The notes: generated from the letters alone by a model not told the origin. A stretch of DNA of 64,000 nucleotides from an uncultured Gemmatimonadales bacterium (GCA_963851265.1 CAWKNZ010000009.1:128001-192000), one strand, 5' to 3'; positions 10,625 through 21,447 are shown, counted from the first letter of the stretch. A program made the numbers and translations.

Positions 10625-11905
10625 TCATGCCGCGGCCGGCGCGGTGCTCGACCCCCGCAGCCCGTAGTACACGATGTAGAGGTAGCAGAGCGCCGGCACG
10701 AGGAACGCCGGCTGCAGCCCCACGCGATCGGCGAGCGCGCCGCACAGCAGCGGCACCAGCGCGCCGCCGACGATCGCCATGACGAGGATGCTCGACCCCT
10801 CGCCCGTCCGGTGCCCGAGCCCCTCGATCGCCAGCGCGAAGATGGTCGGGAACATGATCGAGTTGAACAGCCCGACCGAGAGCAGCGTCCACATCGCCAG
10901 CTGACCGCTGCCGGCGGCGGCCACCGCGGTCAGTACCGCGGCGCACGCGGCGAACAGCGCGAGCAGGCGTCGCGGGTTGACGTGCTTCAGCAGCTCCCAC
11001 CCGATGAACCGCCCCACCATGGCCCCGCCCCAGTAGTAGGCCACATAGTGCGCGGCGGCCGCCTCCGGGAGTCCGGCGATCCGCGACTCGCCGAGGAAGT
11101 TGATCATGAAACTGCCGATCGCGACTTCGGCGCCGACGTAAGCGAAGATGCCGACCGCGCCGAGCGTGAGGTGCCGGACGCGCCACACGCCGCCCTCCGC
11201 CTCGCCAGCCGACGCCGCGTCGTCGCGCGCGTCCTCGATGCTGAGCCGCGGCAGCCGCGCGACCGACATCACCGCGGCGAGTGCGAACAGCGCGACCGCG
11301 AGTCCCACGTACGGCCCCTGCACGGTCTTGGCCGTCGCGAGCCGCTGCGCGAAGGTGGCGGACGTGCCCACGGCCGCGCTGAAGATGAGGAGCCCGCCGA
11401 TCAGGGGTGCGAGCGTGGTGCCGAGCGAGTTGAACGCCTGGGTGAGCACGAGGCGGCTCGACGCGAGGGCGGGCGGGCCGAGCACCGCGACGTACGGGTT
11501 GGCCGCGACCTGCAGCAGGGTGATCCCGGCGGCGAGCACGAACAACGCGCCCAGGAAGACCCCGTACGAGAGCAGCCCCGCGGCCGGGTAGAAGAGCAGC
11601 GCGCCGATGCCGGCCACCGCCAGCCCGACGACGATGCCGCGCTTGTACCCGATGCGCGTCACCACCCGGCCCCACGGAAGCGCCGTGAGGAAATACGCCC
11701 CGAAGAAGGTGAACTGCACGAGCGCGGCCTGCGCGTAGCTCAGCGCGAACACGCCGCGCAGGTGCGGCACGAGGATGTCGTTGAGCGACGTGAGAAAGCC
11801 CCACGCGAAGAACAGGGCGGTCACCGTCGGGAGCGCGAGGCGGCTCGTCTCGGCGCCGGCGGGGGTCGTGGCCCCGCTCCGGGGGACGGGGGCGGCGATG
11901 GCCAT
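10625..11905 (-). CDS. MFS sugar transporter, FucP/GluP family
   Basis: LFFAWGFLTSLNDILVPH, LLQVAANPYV, QAFNSLGTTLAP, YVGAEV, SIMFPTIF. Confidence 0.93.
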   Translation of the reverse strand: MAIAAPVPRSGATTPAGAETSRLALPTVTALFFAWGFLTSLNDILVPHLRGVFALSYAQAALVQFTFFGAYFLTALPWGRVVTRIGYKRGIVVGLAVAGIGALLFYPAAGLLSYGVFLGALFVLAAGITLLQVAANPYVAVLGPPALASSRLVLTQAFNSLGTTLAPLIGGLLIFSAAVGTSATFAQRLATAKTVQGPYVGLAVALFALAAVMSVARLPRLSIEDARDDAASAGEAEGGVWRVRHLTLGAVGIFAYVGAEVAIGSFMINFLGESRIAGLPEAAAAHYVAYYWGGAMVGRFIGWELLKHVNPRRLLALFAACAAVLTAVAAAGSGQLAMWTLLSVGLFNSIMFPTIFALAIEGLGHRTGEGSSILVMAIVGGALVPLLCGALADRVGLQPAFLVPALCYLYIVYYGLRGSSTAPAAA

Positions 11906-12000
11906 GGGGGAAGTGGGACGTGAGAGAGGCGGTGGCGCGCGTTGTCATAGTACGCGGGCGACCCACGTACCCGCAGCGCGCGGCGCCGGGCGTCGTGCGC

Positions 12001-13257
12001 CTACGGCGCCGCGTCGTCGGCCCGCTTCGTTCCGGCCGTGGCGGCGTCCTCGGCGCGCCGCGACGGCAGCGAGAAGGCGAACACCGAGCCGCCCGCCTCC
12101 GGGAACTCGACCCACACGCGTCCCCCGAGCGCCTCGACCGTCTCGCGCACGATGCTCAGCCCGAGCCCCGTGCCCTCGATGCCCGTCACCGTCTCGCCGT
12201 GCGCGCGGTAGAACAGGTCGAACAGGCGCCCGCGCGCGTCGGGCGGCACGCCGAGCCCGTTGTCGGTCACGCGCACCACGAGCTCTCCACCGTCGGTGCC
12301 GGCACCGTAGCGCAGCTCGCCCGACACCGCGACCCAGGACGAGGAAGCCGCCGGGTCCGCGTACTTGATCGCGTTCGACACGTAATTCGTGAGGCACAAC
12401 TCGACCGCGGCCGCGTCCACCTCGACCGCCGGCAGGTCGTCGGCGATCCGGACGTCCACCCCGCGCGCCTCGGCCGCGCCGCGCAGCTGTCGCGCGACCT
12501 CGGCCGTCGCGTGCGCGAGCAGCACGTTCCGCTGCTGGCGCGCGTCGGCCTCGAAGCGGGAGAGCGCCTCGAGGTTGTCGAGCACCCGCTGCAGCTCGTG
12601 CGCGTTCTCGGTGATCATCCGCGTGAACCGGGCGCGCTGCGCGTCGTCCAGCCACGGCTCCGACAGGAGCCCGGCCGCGCCCCGCACCGCGCCCACGTGG
12701 TTCTTCAGCTCGTGCGCCACCATGCGGTTGAAGCGCCGGAGCCGCCCCTCGCGCTCGCGCACGCGCTCGGCCGTCAGGCGGAGGAAGTGGGTGAGCGTCG
12801 CCTGCCGGATCAGCTCCGTCGCGTGCGCGACGCGCTGCCAGCAGGTCGCGACCGCGCGGGGCGTCGCGCCGCCGGCGAGCACGTCGAGCTCGTCGGCGAG
12901 GAACGTCGAGAGGATCGCGCCGAGGATCTCGTGCTCCTTCAGGATCTCGTACGCGTCGAACCCCTGGGCGTGCCGGAGTGCGCCGAGTTCCATCGCCTTC
13001 GCCGTGACGGGCGCGTCGGCGTCGAGTTCGCGGTCGGGGCCCTCCAGGTAATCGGCGACCCCGTCCACGAGCAGGGGGACGTGGTTGAGGAGCGTGTCCG
13101 TCGGAAAGACCCGCTCCGGTGCGACCGCCACGCGCGCGACGATTCGGTCGAGCCATCGGCGGACGAGCGTGTCGCGCTCGGCGCGCAGGCGTGAGGCCAT
13201 CGCTCCGGCCAGGGCGACATCGGGCAGGGGCGCGGCGGTACCAACGGACGTGGACAT
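12001..13257 (-). CDS. Soluble sensor histidine kinase with RsbRD_N-like helical N-terminal domain
   Basis: H-box VAHELKN, N-box NYVSNAIKY, DNGLGV, GTGLGL; no TM helix; N-terminal LGALRHAQGFD. Confidence 0.88.
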   Translation of the reverse strand: MSTSVGTAAPLPDVALAGAMASRLRAERDTLVRRWLDRIVARVAVAPERVFPTDTLLNHVPLLVDGVADYLEGPDRELDADAPVTAKAMELGALRHAQGFDAYEILKEHEILGAILSTFLADELDVLAGGATPRAVATCWQRVAHATELIRQATLTHFLRLTAERVREREGRLRRFNRMVAHELKNHVGAVRGAAGLLSEPWLDDAQRARFTRMITENAHELQRVLDNLEALSRFEADARQQRNVLLAHATAEVARQLRGAAEARGVDVRIADDLPAVEVDAAAVELCLTNYVSNAIKYADPAASSSWVAVSGELRYGAGTDGGELVVRVTDNGLGVPPDARGRLFDLFYRAHGETVTGIEGTGLGLSIVRETVEALGGRVWVEFPEAGGSVFAFSLPSRRAEDAATAGTKRADDAAP

Positions 13258-13469
13258 GACGGAGAAAGCTGGCCGCGTCGGCCCCCGCGCGACAGTCGCC
13301 TGGGGCCGGCAACTTCGGGCGCGGGCGCGGCGCGGAGTGTTAGGCTCGTGACACCCCCCGACGCGGCCGCTCGTCGTCGGCACTCGTCGAAGGCGGGCGC
13401 GCCGTCGTAAGTTCCGGGCGGAAACCGGGTGCGCGTGCGCGCGCGGGACGACCCCTGCAGGAGACTCTT

Positions 13470-14384
13470 GTGTTCAACCGACTGGTATGGGCCGCCGCGG
13501 CCGCGCTCGCCGCTGCATTCGGCGGGTCGTGCGCGGGCCACGGTGGGACGTCCGCGGGGCCCGCGCGCGACCTCGCACACGCCCCCGCGCCCGTCGGCAG
13601 CCCCGCAGACCCGGTCGAGATTTACGCGGTCCGTTACGGCACGCTGACGAACTTCCCGGTGGCGGCCCTCGTCGCCGGCGCAGACACGGCGCGGCGGATG
13701 GACATCGCGCTGATGGTGTGGCTGGTCCGTGAGCCCGGTGCCGACGGGCATCCGCGCACCGTTCTGGTCGACGCCGGCTTCTACCGCGACGCGTTCGTCC
13801 GCCGCTGGCACCCCGCCGATTATCAACGCCCGTCGGCCGCCCTCGCGCCGCTCGGCGTGCGCCCGGAGGACGTGACCGATCTGATCATCTCGCACGTCCA
13901 CTGGGACCACCTCGACGGCGCCGACCTCTTCCCGAACGCGCGCGTGTGGATCCAGCGCGCGGAGTACGAGCACCACGTCGACGCGACCGGCCGGGTGCGA
14001 GACCGCGCGATCGACTCGACCGACGCGGCGATGCTCGCGCGGCTGCGGGCTGCCGGCCGGGTCAGGCTCTTGGACGGCGACAGCACTCAGGTGCTGCCGG
14101 GGATCGTGGCGTATACGGGCGGCCGGCACACGTACGCGTCGCAATACGTGAGCGTCGCGACGCCGGAGGGCCCCGTCGTCCTCGCGTCGGACAACGCGTA
14201 CCTGTACGAGAACCTCGACACGCATCGCCCGATCGCGCAGACGCTCGACACGGCTGCGAACCTCGCGGCGCAGGCGCGCATGGTCCGGCTCGCGGGCGAT
14301 CCGCGCCGCATCGTGCCGGGCCACGACCCGGCCGTCTTCGTACGCTTCCCGCTACCCGGCCACGGCATCGCACGTATCAGGTGA
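13470..14384 (+). CDS. Metallo-beta-lactamase-fold hydrolase (AHL-lactonase-like), exported
   Basis: ISHVHWDHLDG, GGRHT, LASDN, VPGHDP; N-terminal signal. Confidence 0.85.
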   Translation: MFNRLVWAAAAALAAAFGGSCAGHGGTSAGPARDLAHAPAPVGSPADPVEIYAVRYGTLTNFPVAALVAGADTARRMDIALMVWLVREPGADGHPRTVLVDAGFYRDAFVRRWHPADYQRPSAALAPLGVRPEDVTDLIISHVHWDHLDGADLFPNARVWIQRAEYEHHVDATGRVRDRAIDSTDAAMLARLRAAGRVRLLDGDSTQVLPGIVAYTGGRHTYASQYVSVATPEGPVVLASDNAYLYENLDTHRPIAQTLDTAANLAAQARMVRLAGDPRRIVPGHDPAVFVRFPLPGHGIARIR

Positions 14385-14430
14385 CCGCGGGCGCGGGCCG
14401 GATACGACGTCGACGTCGAGGACCAGTCCA

Positions 14431-14829
14431 ATGCCGACCCGGATCGCCGGACGTGTGCAGGCCGGAAAGGGCGACGCGTCTCGCTGGCTCGCGCGCTTCA
14501 ACGCGGAGTACAGCCGCAAGCTCGGGATCGCCGTTTATCCCGGGTCGTTGAACGTCGCGCTGAGCCACGGCTTTGACTGGTCCTCCCCCGACCTGCAAGC
14601 GCACCTGCGCTGGTTCGGACGGGAGGAGTACGGCGGCGAGCGCGACATTCTGCTCCTGCCATGTTCGCTGGCGAACCTGCGCGGAGAGCGGGCGTTCCTC
14701 TGGTCCACGACGACGGCGGCGCGGGACCGCCCCGATCCGTGGGTAGTGGAGATCGTCGCGGCGGTCGGGCTTCGCGCGACATACGGACTCCGCGACGGCG
14801 ACGCGGTTGCCATCGATCTCCCCTCGTAG
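14431..14829 (+). CDS. CTP-dependent riboflavin kinase-like protein (DUF120 family)
   Basis: GRVQAGKGDA...YPGSLNV...VEIVAAVGLRATYGLRDGDAV matches the archaeal RibK pattern. Confidence 0.7.
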   Translation: MPTRIAGRVQAGKGDASRWLARFNAEYSRKLGIAVYPGSLNVALSHGFDWSSPDLQAHLRWFGREEYGGERDILLLPCSLANLRGERAFLWSTTTAARDRPDPWVVEIVAAVGLRATYGLRDGDAVAIDLPS

Positions 14830-15034
14830 CGACCCGCGCACGATGCGCCAACCGGCAGGATAGGCATCGACGCGGCCGCCACTCGGGTGCCGAGATGTAC
14901 TTCTGCTCGTGAGATGGTCGTGAATTCGGGATCCCGGACGAACGGCTCCAGACCCGCGAGTGCGCGCCATCGTCGTATGTTGGACGCGCGCGGGATCGCC
15001 CCGCGCCGCGCGCCGGGCACCTCGGAGGACGTCG

Positions 15035-16102
15035 ATGACCAACGCGGACCCCACTCGGACCCGCATGCGTATGCCGTGGCGGACCACGCTCCCTGTCGCC
15101 GCCGCCGTCTTTCTCGGCCTCGGCGTCCTCTGGGGCCTCCGCGACATCGCGCGCCCGCTCGGCTTCCTCATCCTCGCGATCGCCGTCGCCGAAGCACTCG
15201 CGCCGCTCGTCGCCGCGCTCGAACGGTGGCGCGTGCCGCGCGGCGTCGCCATCAGCGTCGTCTACCTCGGCGTGCTCGTCGCCACCGTCGGCGTCGGCTG
15301 GCTCCTCGTCCCGACGATCATCGCGCAGACCGGCGAGTTCGTGAACCGCCTGCCCGCGCTCGCGTCCTTCGCACGCCGCCTCGCCGCCGAGGGACACGCA
15401 GCCATCGGCGCGCAACTCGACGCGCTCCTCGGCAACCTCGCGCGCCAGGTCGGCGGGTTCCTGCTCGCCGTACCGCTCCAGGCGTTCGACGCCCTGATCA
15501 ACCTCATCCTGCTCGCGTTCCTGTCCGCGTACTGGCTGTTAGGCGAGCCGGCCCTCGTGCGCTTCGTGCTCACGCTCCTGCCCGAGCGCCGGCACGCCGC
15601 GGCGGCCGCGCTGTTCGACGCGATGGGCCGCGCCATGGGCGGCTACGTACGCGGCACCGCGATCAACTCCGTGCTCATCGGCGCCGCCGTCGGCGTGGGG
15701 CTCGCCCTCGCGGGCGTCCGCTACCCGGTCGTCCTCGGCACGCTCACCATGCTCCTCGAGCCGTTCCCCGTCGTCGGACCGTGGCTCGCGGCCGGCCCCG
15801 TCGCCCTCGTCGCGCTCCTCGACTCGCCCGGGAAGGCCCTGCTCGCCCTCGGGGTGTACGGCGTGCTGACGCAGGTCGGCGGTCAGGTCCTCACGCCCAT
15901 CATCATGCGGCGCTCGACCGACATCCCGCAGACGCTCGTCATCTTCGCCATCCTCGCCGGCGCGGCGGTCGGCGGCCTCCTCGGGCTCGTCGTGTCGATC
16001 CCGCTCGTCGCCGCCCTGCGCGTGTTCGTGCTCCGCGTCGTCGTGCCCGTGGTGCGCCGGTGGACGGGGGCCGAGCCGGACGTTCCGTCAGCCGCGGCGT
16101 GA
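15035..16102 (+). CDS. AI-2E family transporter
   Basis: GGAGG SD; multiple TM helices; GGYVRG, PVVGPWL, LTPIIMRRS, GGLLGLVVSIP. Confidence 0.9.
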   Translation: MTNADPTRTRMRMPWRTTLPVAAAVFLGLGVLWGLRDIARPLGFLILAIAVAEALAPLVAALERWRVPRGVAISVVYLGVLVATVGVGWLLVPTIIAQTGEFVNRLPALASFARRLAAEGHAAIGAQLDALLGNLARQVGGFLLAVPLQAFDALINLILLAFLSAYWLLGEPALVRFVLTLLPERRHAAAAALFDAMGRAMGGYVRGTAINSVLIGAAVGVGLALAGVRYPVVLGTLTMLLEPFPVVGPWLAAGPVALVALLDSPGKALLALGVYGVLTQVGGQVLTPIIMRRSTDIPQTLVIFAILAGAAVGGLLGLVVSIPLVAALRVFVLRVVVPVVRRWTGAEPDVPSAAA

Positions 16103-16294
16103 GGCCGGCGGTGGACGTCTCGCGCGGCGTGTCGCGCCCCCGAACGACCTTGCGCGCTGCCCGGGCGCGCCCCACGTTGCCGCGCCGCATCGCGCCGGTA
16201 CCGTGTGCCCCGCGCGACGACGCCGGCGACGACCCCCGGTGACGGCGGCCGACTGCGATCGGCGAGCCTGCTCCCCAATTCCATGGAGGTTGCC

Positions 16295-17542
16295 ATGTTC
16301 CGACTCTTGGGAGTCTCTGCGCTGTGTGTGGCGTGGGCCCCGATCGCGGCGGCCCAGGGACTCCGCAGCCAACTCGACAAGCTCCTCACGTTCGGGGCGT
16401 GGCCGGCGCCGCTCCAGGTGGGCGTCGTGGCGCCCGACGGTCGGTCCATCGTACCGAGCAACGCGTTCTCCCCGAGTGCCGTCGGCGCCAACGGCCAGCT
16501 CGCGTCCTTCCTCGTCGCCTGGATGACCGCGGATGCGTCGAGCCCACCGCTCGCTTCCACCGGAGGCGGCCGCACGTTCCGCTTCGCAGGTGGAATCCCG
16601 GTGGAGGACCGACCCGCCCCCGGGCCGATCTTCGGCGAGAGTGCCACCACCCTCGGCCGCGGGGCGCTGCTCGCCGGCGTCAACTACACCGGCGTCCAAT
16701 TCTCGCGCGTGCGGGGCGTCCCGATGAACGCGCTCGACCTCACGCTCACGCAGGGCCCGGCCGCCGGCGCGAACGCCGATGCGATCGATCTGCGCCTCTC
16801 CGTGGACTACGCGATGTCGGTGACCGCGCTGTTCGCGACCTGGGGCGTCCTCGACCGTGTGGACCTGGGGATCGTCGTCCCAGTCGTCCGGACCCGACTG
16901 ACCGGGGCGAGCACCGCGCGCGTCGTCAGCGGATCCGGCGCACAGCCTTCGACCGTGCTCGGCGGTTCGCCCGAGGCGCCCCTCTACACGTCGCAGCAGA
17001 GCATCGCGGGCCGAGCGTCCGGCATCGGCGACGTCGCGCTGCGCGCGAAGGTCAACATCATCGACCGGCCGGCCGGCGGACTCGGGGTCGTGGGCGACGC
17101 GCGGCTACCGACGGGCGACGCGAACAACTTGCTCGGCAGCGGCACGTTCTCGGCCCGACTTCTCGCCGTGTACTCCGGCCGGTTCGGACAGATCGTGCCT
17201 CACGCGGAGGCAGGCTACCTGTACTTCGCCGACCGTACCATCAATGACGCGTTCCTCGCGACGGTCGGGCTCGACGGAGACATGGCCCGTTGGGCCACGG
17301 TCTCTCTCAGCGTCATCGGCCAGCGCCATGCCGGCAGTAGCGCGTACCAGCTCCCGGCGGCGACCAACCGGCAGCCGCTGACGAACATCCCCGACGTTCG
17401 CGACGACGCGCTCAGCGCGTCGCTCGGCGCGAAGGTCGGCGTCGGCGGCACGCGCGCGACCGCAAACGTCATCGCGCCGTTCACGCGCGGTGGCCCGCGC
17501 CCAGATCTCGCCTACACCTTTGGCGTCGAGCGGGTGTTCTGA
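16295..17542 (+). CDS. Outer-membrane beta-barrel protein (putative transporter)
   Basis: SD GGAGG, signal peptide, SGIGDVALRAK, RLPTGD..NLLGSG, C-terminal Phe. Confidence 0.7.
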   Translation: MFRLLGVSALCVAWAPIAAAQGLRSQLDKLLTFGAWPAPLQVGVVAPDGRSIVPSNAFSPSAVGANGQLASFLVAWMTADASSPPLASTGGGRTFRFAGGIPVEDRPAPGPIFGESATTLGRGALLAGVNYTGVQFSRVRGVPMNALDLTLTQGPAAGANADAIDLRLSVDYAMSVTALFATWGVLDRVDLGIVVPVVRTRLTGASTARVVSGSGAQPSTVLGGSPEAPLYTSQQSIAGRASGIGDVALRAKVNIIDRPAGGLGVVGDARLPTGDANNLLGSGTFSARLLAVYSGRFGQIVPHAEAGYLYFADRTINDAFLATVGLDGDMARWATVSLSVIGQRHAGSSAYQLPAATNRQPLTNIPDVRDDALSASLGAKVGVGGTRATANVIAPFTRGGPRPDLAYTFGVERVF

Positions 17543-17582
17543 CGTGTGACACCGCGCGCCGTGCGGTCCGCCCGACGCACGC

Positions 17583-18638
17583 TCATTCGACCGTACGCAA
17601 TCGCCACCCGGCCGCGGCGCGGGAGAGCGTGACGACGAAGTGCACCGCCACCCGCTCGGTCCGATGCGGCCGCAAGTTCTGGTACTCGTACGTGCCGTGG
17701 ACGCGAGCCCGCGCCGTCGCACCCGAGCCCACGAGATCTCCCACCTCGAGTCGCGCGTGCAGATCGGACACCGAGCCGAAGAACGAGGCCCACGCGCGGC
17801 GTTGGTCCTCCGGCATGTCCGGGTACACGCGCTGCAACGCGGCCAGGTCGCGCGCCTCGATCGCCTGTCCGTACTCGGTGATCGCGACCTGAACACCGGC
17901 CGCGCGTATCGCGGCCTCGGTGCTGGCGTTGCTACTCACCGTGCCCGCGGCACCGGGCCCGGCGTCGGAACCAGCGTCAGGGGGCGCGCCGATGCTTCCC
18001 GCGCGCGCGGACGCCGGACCCGCCGCGATCACCTCCCCGGCCGCCGATCGCGTGGCCGGTGACGCCGGCGAGGCGACGAGATCGGGAGTCGATGAGCGCT
18101 TGGGGACCTGCGCCTCGCCATCCCGCGCAAGCGCGTCCGGCGCGGACGTAGCGAGGTCCACACGCGCCGAATCGTACGTAGTGACGCCGACGACGGACTC
18201 CAGGCCGAAGGCCTCACCCACACGTCGCGCCGAGACGCGCCCGGCGGACGGTAGCATCACCCCCCGCGCACCGACGTCGACCAGCGATGATGGAAGTCCC
18301 CGGTCGCTTGATGAAGCGCCGGGGGGCGCGAGCCCCTGCTGGAGCGCGTCGGCGAGCAGATCGCTCGGCGCGCCGAGCAACCGAAACAGGGCCGCGCGCG
18401 CTGCGACGTTGTTGGGGTCGGCGCGGACGGCGGCTGCGAGCGAGCGGCGCGCCGCCGCGACGTCTTCGGCCGCCGGTGCGGCGAGTCGCGCGCTCCCCCA
18501 GCCGTCCCCGAGGTGCGCGCCGAGGCTGGCACGGGCCGCCGCCCGCGCCTCGCGTTCTGAATTGCACGCGCTCGCGCCCAGTGCGGCCACGAGCGTCGCG
18601 GTCATCACGATCGTTGCCCAGCCAGTCGGTTGTGGCAT
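17583..18638 (-). CDS. Hypothetical lipoprotein with C-terminal NTF2-like domain
   Basis: Lipobox ASAC; C-terminal YGQAIEARDLAALQRVYP...GWRL. Confidence 0.55.
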   Translation of the reverse strand: MPQPTGWATIVMTATLVAALGASACNSEREARAAARASLGAHLGDGWGSARLAAPAAEDVAAARRSLAAAVRADPNNVAARAALFRLLGAPSDLLADALQQGLAPPGASSSDRGLPSSLVDVGARGVMLPSAGRVSARRVGEAFGLESVVGVTTYDSARVDLATSAPDALARDGEAQVPKRSSTPDLVASPASPATRSAAGEVIAAGPASARAGSIGAPPDAGSDAGPGAAGTVSSNASTEAAIRAAGVQVAITEYGQAIEARDLAALQRVYPDMPEDQRRAWASFFGSVSDLHARLEVGDLVGSGATARARVHGTYEYQNLRPHRTERVAVHFVVTLSRAAAGWRLRTVE

Positions 18639-19380
18639 CGCCAGGAGACGCACGCGGAGGCCTCGCCCGGATCGCTGATCGCCTCGACGTCGCGGAGCGG
18701 CAAGCACGCACGTCACCGAATCGTGAGCGCGTCGGCCTCGGGGGTTTCGGCCAAGGTAGGTCCCGGCATCGGCATCCGCGAGCAGGAAGGCATCGCGCGG
18801 CGTCAGGACGGGATCGGAAGGACCCGACGTCGGTGCAACGACGGTGGCGCGGGACGGCGGTGCCCGACCGAACGACGAGACGCGCGCGACCGGCAACCAC
18901 GTCGCGATCCCGCTCGACCCGGGTCATGTGCACCCGCGAGTCGCGTTGCGCCGGGGGTCGGTCCAGCGTCAACCGCGCGGTGCGACGCGGACCCCTGCGT
19001 CCTGACGCGCCGCCACACCGCGTTCAAGTCGGCACCCGCCGCGCCGAGACTCCGGAACGCGCGGACCCTTCGCACGGCCGCGCATCGTGCGCTGCCCGCG
19101 ACGCCTGCGTGCGACCCCCTCGTTCGCTCCTCCGACGCGGTGGGGCCAGCATGCCACGTCCCGGCTGCACCGGGACGCGGTGTGCCGGCCCCGCAATTGG
19201 GGGGATCACCGCCATCCGCGCGAGCGCGATGAATCTCCGTCTGGTGCAGCACCACGATCCCACGCCGACCGCGCACGTCGCACCGCCCGCTCCGCGGTCG
19301 GCGGTTCTACCGACGTCGGCGCGCCGAGTGGACGCAACGCGGGCTCGCGCGTGACGCGGTCGACGGAGGGTGACCGCCCG

Positions 19381-21447
19381 ATGCCTCGCGCGGTCGGCTT
19401 CGTGGGGCGCGTTGCGCGACGCGGCCTCGCCCACGTGCGGCAGGGATTCGGGCAGCCCGCGATGGGACCGACGCGAGCCGAGCAGGCGTTCGAGGACCTA
19501 CACCTGGCGCGCGAGGAAGCCGAGAGCACGGCCGCTCGCCTCCGCACGGTCGCGGACGTGGCCGGCGGCGTCATCCGGGCCGACTCCTTGCCCGCCCTGC
19601 ACGCGGTGCTCCGCGACGTCTGCGGTCAGCTGTTCACGTTCGACCGCTTCGCGGTGGTCGCGGGTGAGCCGGTCGGCCCACCCGGCACCCCCGTGCCATT
19701 GCGCGCCCTCGGGGACTCCGATCCGTCCCTGGCCGCTGTCGTCGTCGGCGGGATCACGGTCGCCGGGTGCGGGACCGCGCGGCCCGACTCGTTCTCGACG
19801 AGCGCGTCGTCGGTTCTTGCGGCATCGGACTGCTCGACCCTCGTCAGACCCGTGCTCGGCGACGACGCGGTGCTCGGCTATATCGCCCTGGGCGCCGACC
19901 GACCCGACGCCTTCCGAGTGAGCGACGGCGAGGTGCTCGAAGCGCTTGCCGCGCTGGCGGCCACCGCGATTCGCAACTTGGTGCTCGTCGGCGAGCTGCG
20001 GTACTCGCGCGAGGCGTACGCGCACCAGGCGCTGCACGATCCGCTGACCGGACTTCCCAACCGTGCCGGGCTGCACGAGCACCTCGCGCGGGTGCTGGGC
20101 GGCCCGCACCCGGAGCGCGTGAGCGTGCTCGTCCTCGACCTCGACGGCTTCAAGCGCGTCAACGATTCGTTAGGCCACCCGCAGGGCGACAGCCTGCTGG
20201 TGCAGGTCGCGGAGCGCCTGCTCGACGCCACGCGCGGCAGCGACACGGTCGCGCGACTCGGCGGCGACGAGTTTGCCGTGCTGCTCGAGAACACCCGTGC
20301 GCCGGACGACGCCGTCGCGGTCGCCGAGCGCGTCCTCGGGGCGCTCCGCGCGCCATTCGACCTCGGCGGCGCCGAGGCCATGGTCGGCACGAGCGTGGGT
20401 ATCGCGTTCAGCGGCGCCGCCGAGGCGGACCTTCTGGGCGACGCGACGGCTCTGGGCGACGCCCTGCTGCGCGACGCGGACCTCGCCATGTACCGCGCGA
20501 AAGAATCGGGCAAGGGGCGATACGTAGTCTACGAGCCTCACATGCACGCGGAGGCGGTCAGTCGCCTCGAGCGCGAGGCCGATTTACGCGCGGCGATCGA
20601 GAAGCGCGAATTCCGCCTGTATTACCAGCCGATCGTAGCGCTCGAGACTGGGGCGGCGCTCGGCGTGGAAGCGCTGGTCCGCTGGGAGCACCCGCTTCGT
20701 GGCCTCGTCCCGCCTGCCGAGTTCATCCCGCTCGCCGAGGAGACCGGACTCATCGTGCCGCTCGGCCGTTGGGTCCTGGGCGAGGCGTGCCGCCAGGCGC
20801 GCGTGTGGGCCGACCACGCGTGGGGGACCGACCTCACCGTGACCGTGAACGTGTCGGGCATCCAGCTCTACGACGCCGCGTTCGTCGAGGACGTCCGCCT
20901 GGCACTCGCGGCGAGCGGCGTCACGCCGCAGCGGCTCGTCCTCGAGCTGACCGAAACGGTCATGGTCGACCGACCCGGGCTCGCGCTCGAGCGGTTCAAC
21001 GCACTCAAGGCGCTTGGCGTGCGGCTGGCCATCGACGACTTCGGCACGGGCTATTCGGCACTCAGCTATCTGCGCCAGTTTCCGTTCGACGTCCTCAAGA
21101 TCGACAAGAGCTTCGTGGACGAGGTTGCCACCCGCGGGCAGGCCGCGACGCTCGCGGCGGCGATCGTCGCGCTCGGCAACGCATTCGCCCTGCGCACGGT
21201 GGCGGAGGGCGTCGAGTCGGCCGACCAGGCCACGGCACTCGGCGAGATCGGCTGCGCGATCGCGCAAGGGTACCATTTCAGCCGACCGCTCGCGGCGGAG
21301 GCGGTGACGGCCTGGCTCGCGGCCGAGCGGGTCGCCCCCGCGCCCGACCCACTCGGCGGGGTCACCGAAACGAGGTGGGCGCGGGAGCCCGCGGGCGGGC
21401 GGGCGGCGCCGCTGCGCACCGTGGCGACGCGCGGCGAGCTGCCGTAA
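19381..21447 (+). CDS. GAF-GGDEF-EAL diguanylate cyclase/phosphodiesterase
   Basis: HDPLTGLPNR, DLDGFKRVND, RLGGDEF, VEALVRW, ELTE, IDDFGTGYS, KIDKSFV, AEGVE, QGY. Start may be GTG 19351. Confidence 0.95.
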   Translation: MPRAVGFVGRVARRGLAHVRQGFGQPAMGPTRAEQAFEDLHLAREEAESTAARLRTVADVAGGVIRADSLPALHAVLRDVCGQLFTFDRFAVVAGEPVGPPGTPVPLRALGDSDPSLAAVVVGGITVAGCGTARPDSFSTSASSVLAASDCSTLVRPVLGDDAVLGYIALGADRPDAFRVSDGEVLEALAALAATAIRNLVLVGELRYSREAYAHQALHDPLTGLPNRAGLHEHLARVLGGPHPERVSVLVLDLDGFKRVNDSLGHPQGDSLLVQVAERLLDATRGSDTVARLGGDEFAVLLENTRAPDDAVAVAERVLGALRAPFDLGGAEAMVGTSVGIAFSGAAEADLLGDATALGDALLRDADLAMYRAKESGKGRYVVYEPHMHAEAVSRLEREADLRAAIEKREFRLYYQPIVALETGAALGVEALVRWEHPLRGLVPPAEFIPLAEETGLIVPLGRWVLGEACRQARVWADHAWGTDLTVTVNVSGIQLYDAAFVEDVRLALAASGVTPQRLVLELTETVMVDRPGLALERFNALKALGVRLAIDDFGTGYSALSYLRQFPFDVLKIDKSFVDEVATRGQAATLAAAIVALGNAFALRTVAEGVESADQATALGEIGCAIAQGYHFSRPLAAEAVTAWLAAERVAPAPDPLGGVTETRWAREPAGGRAAPLRTVATRGELP

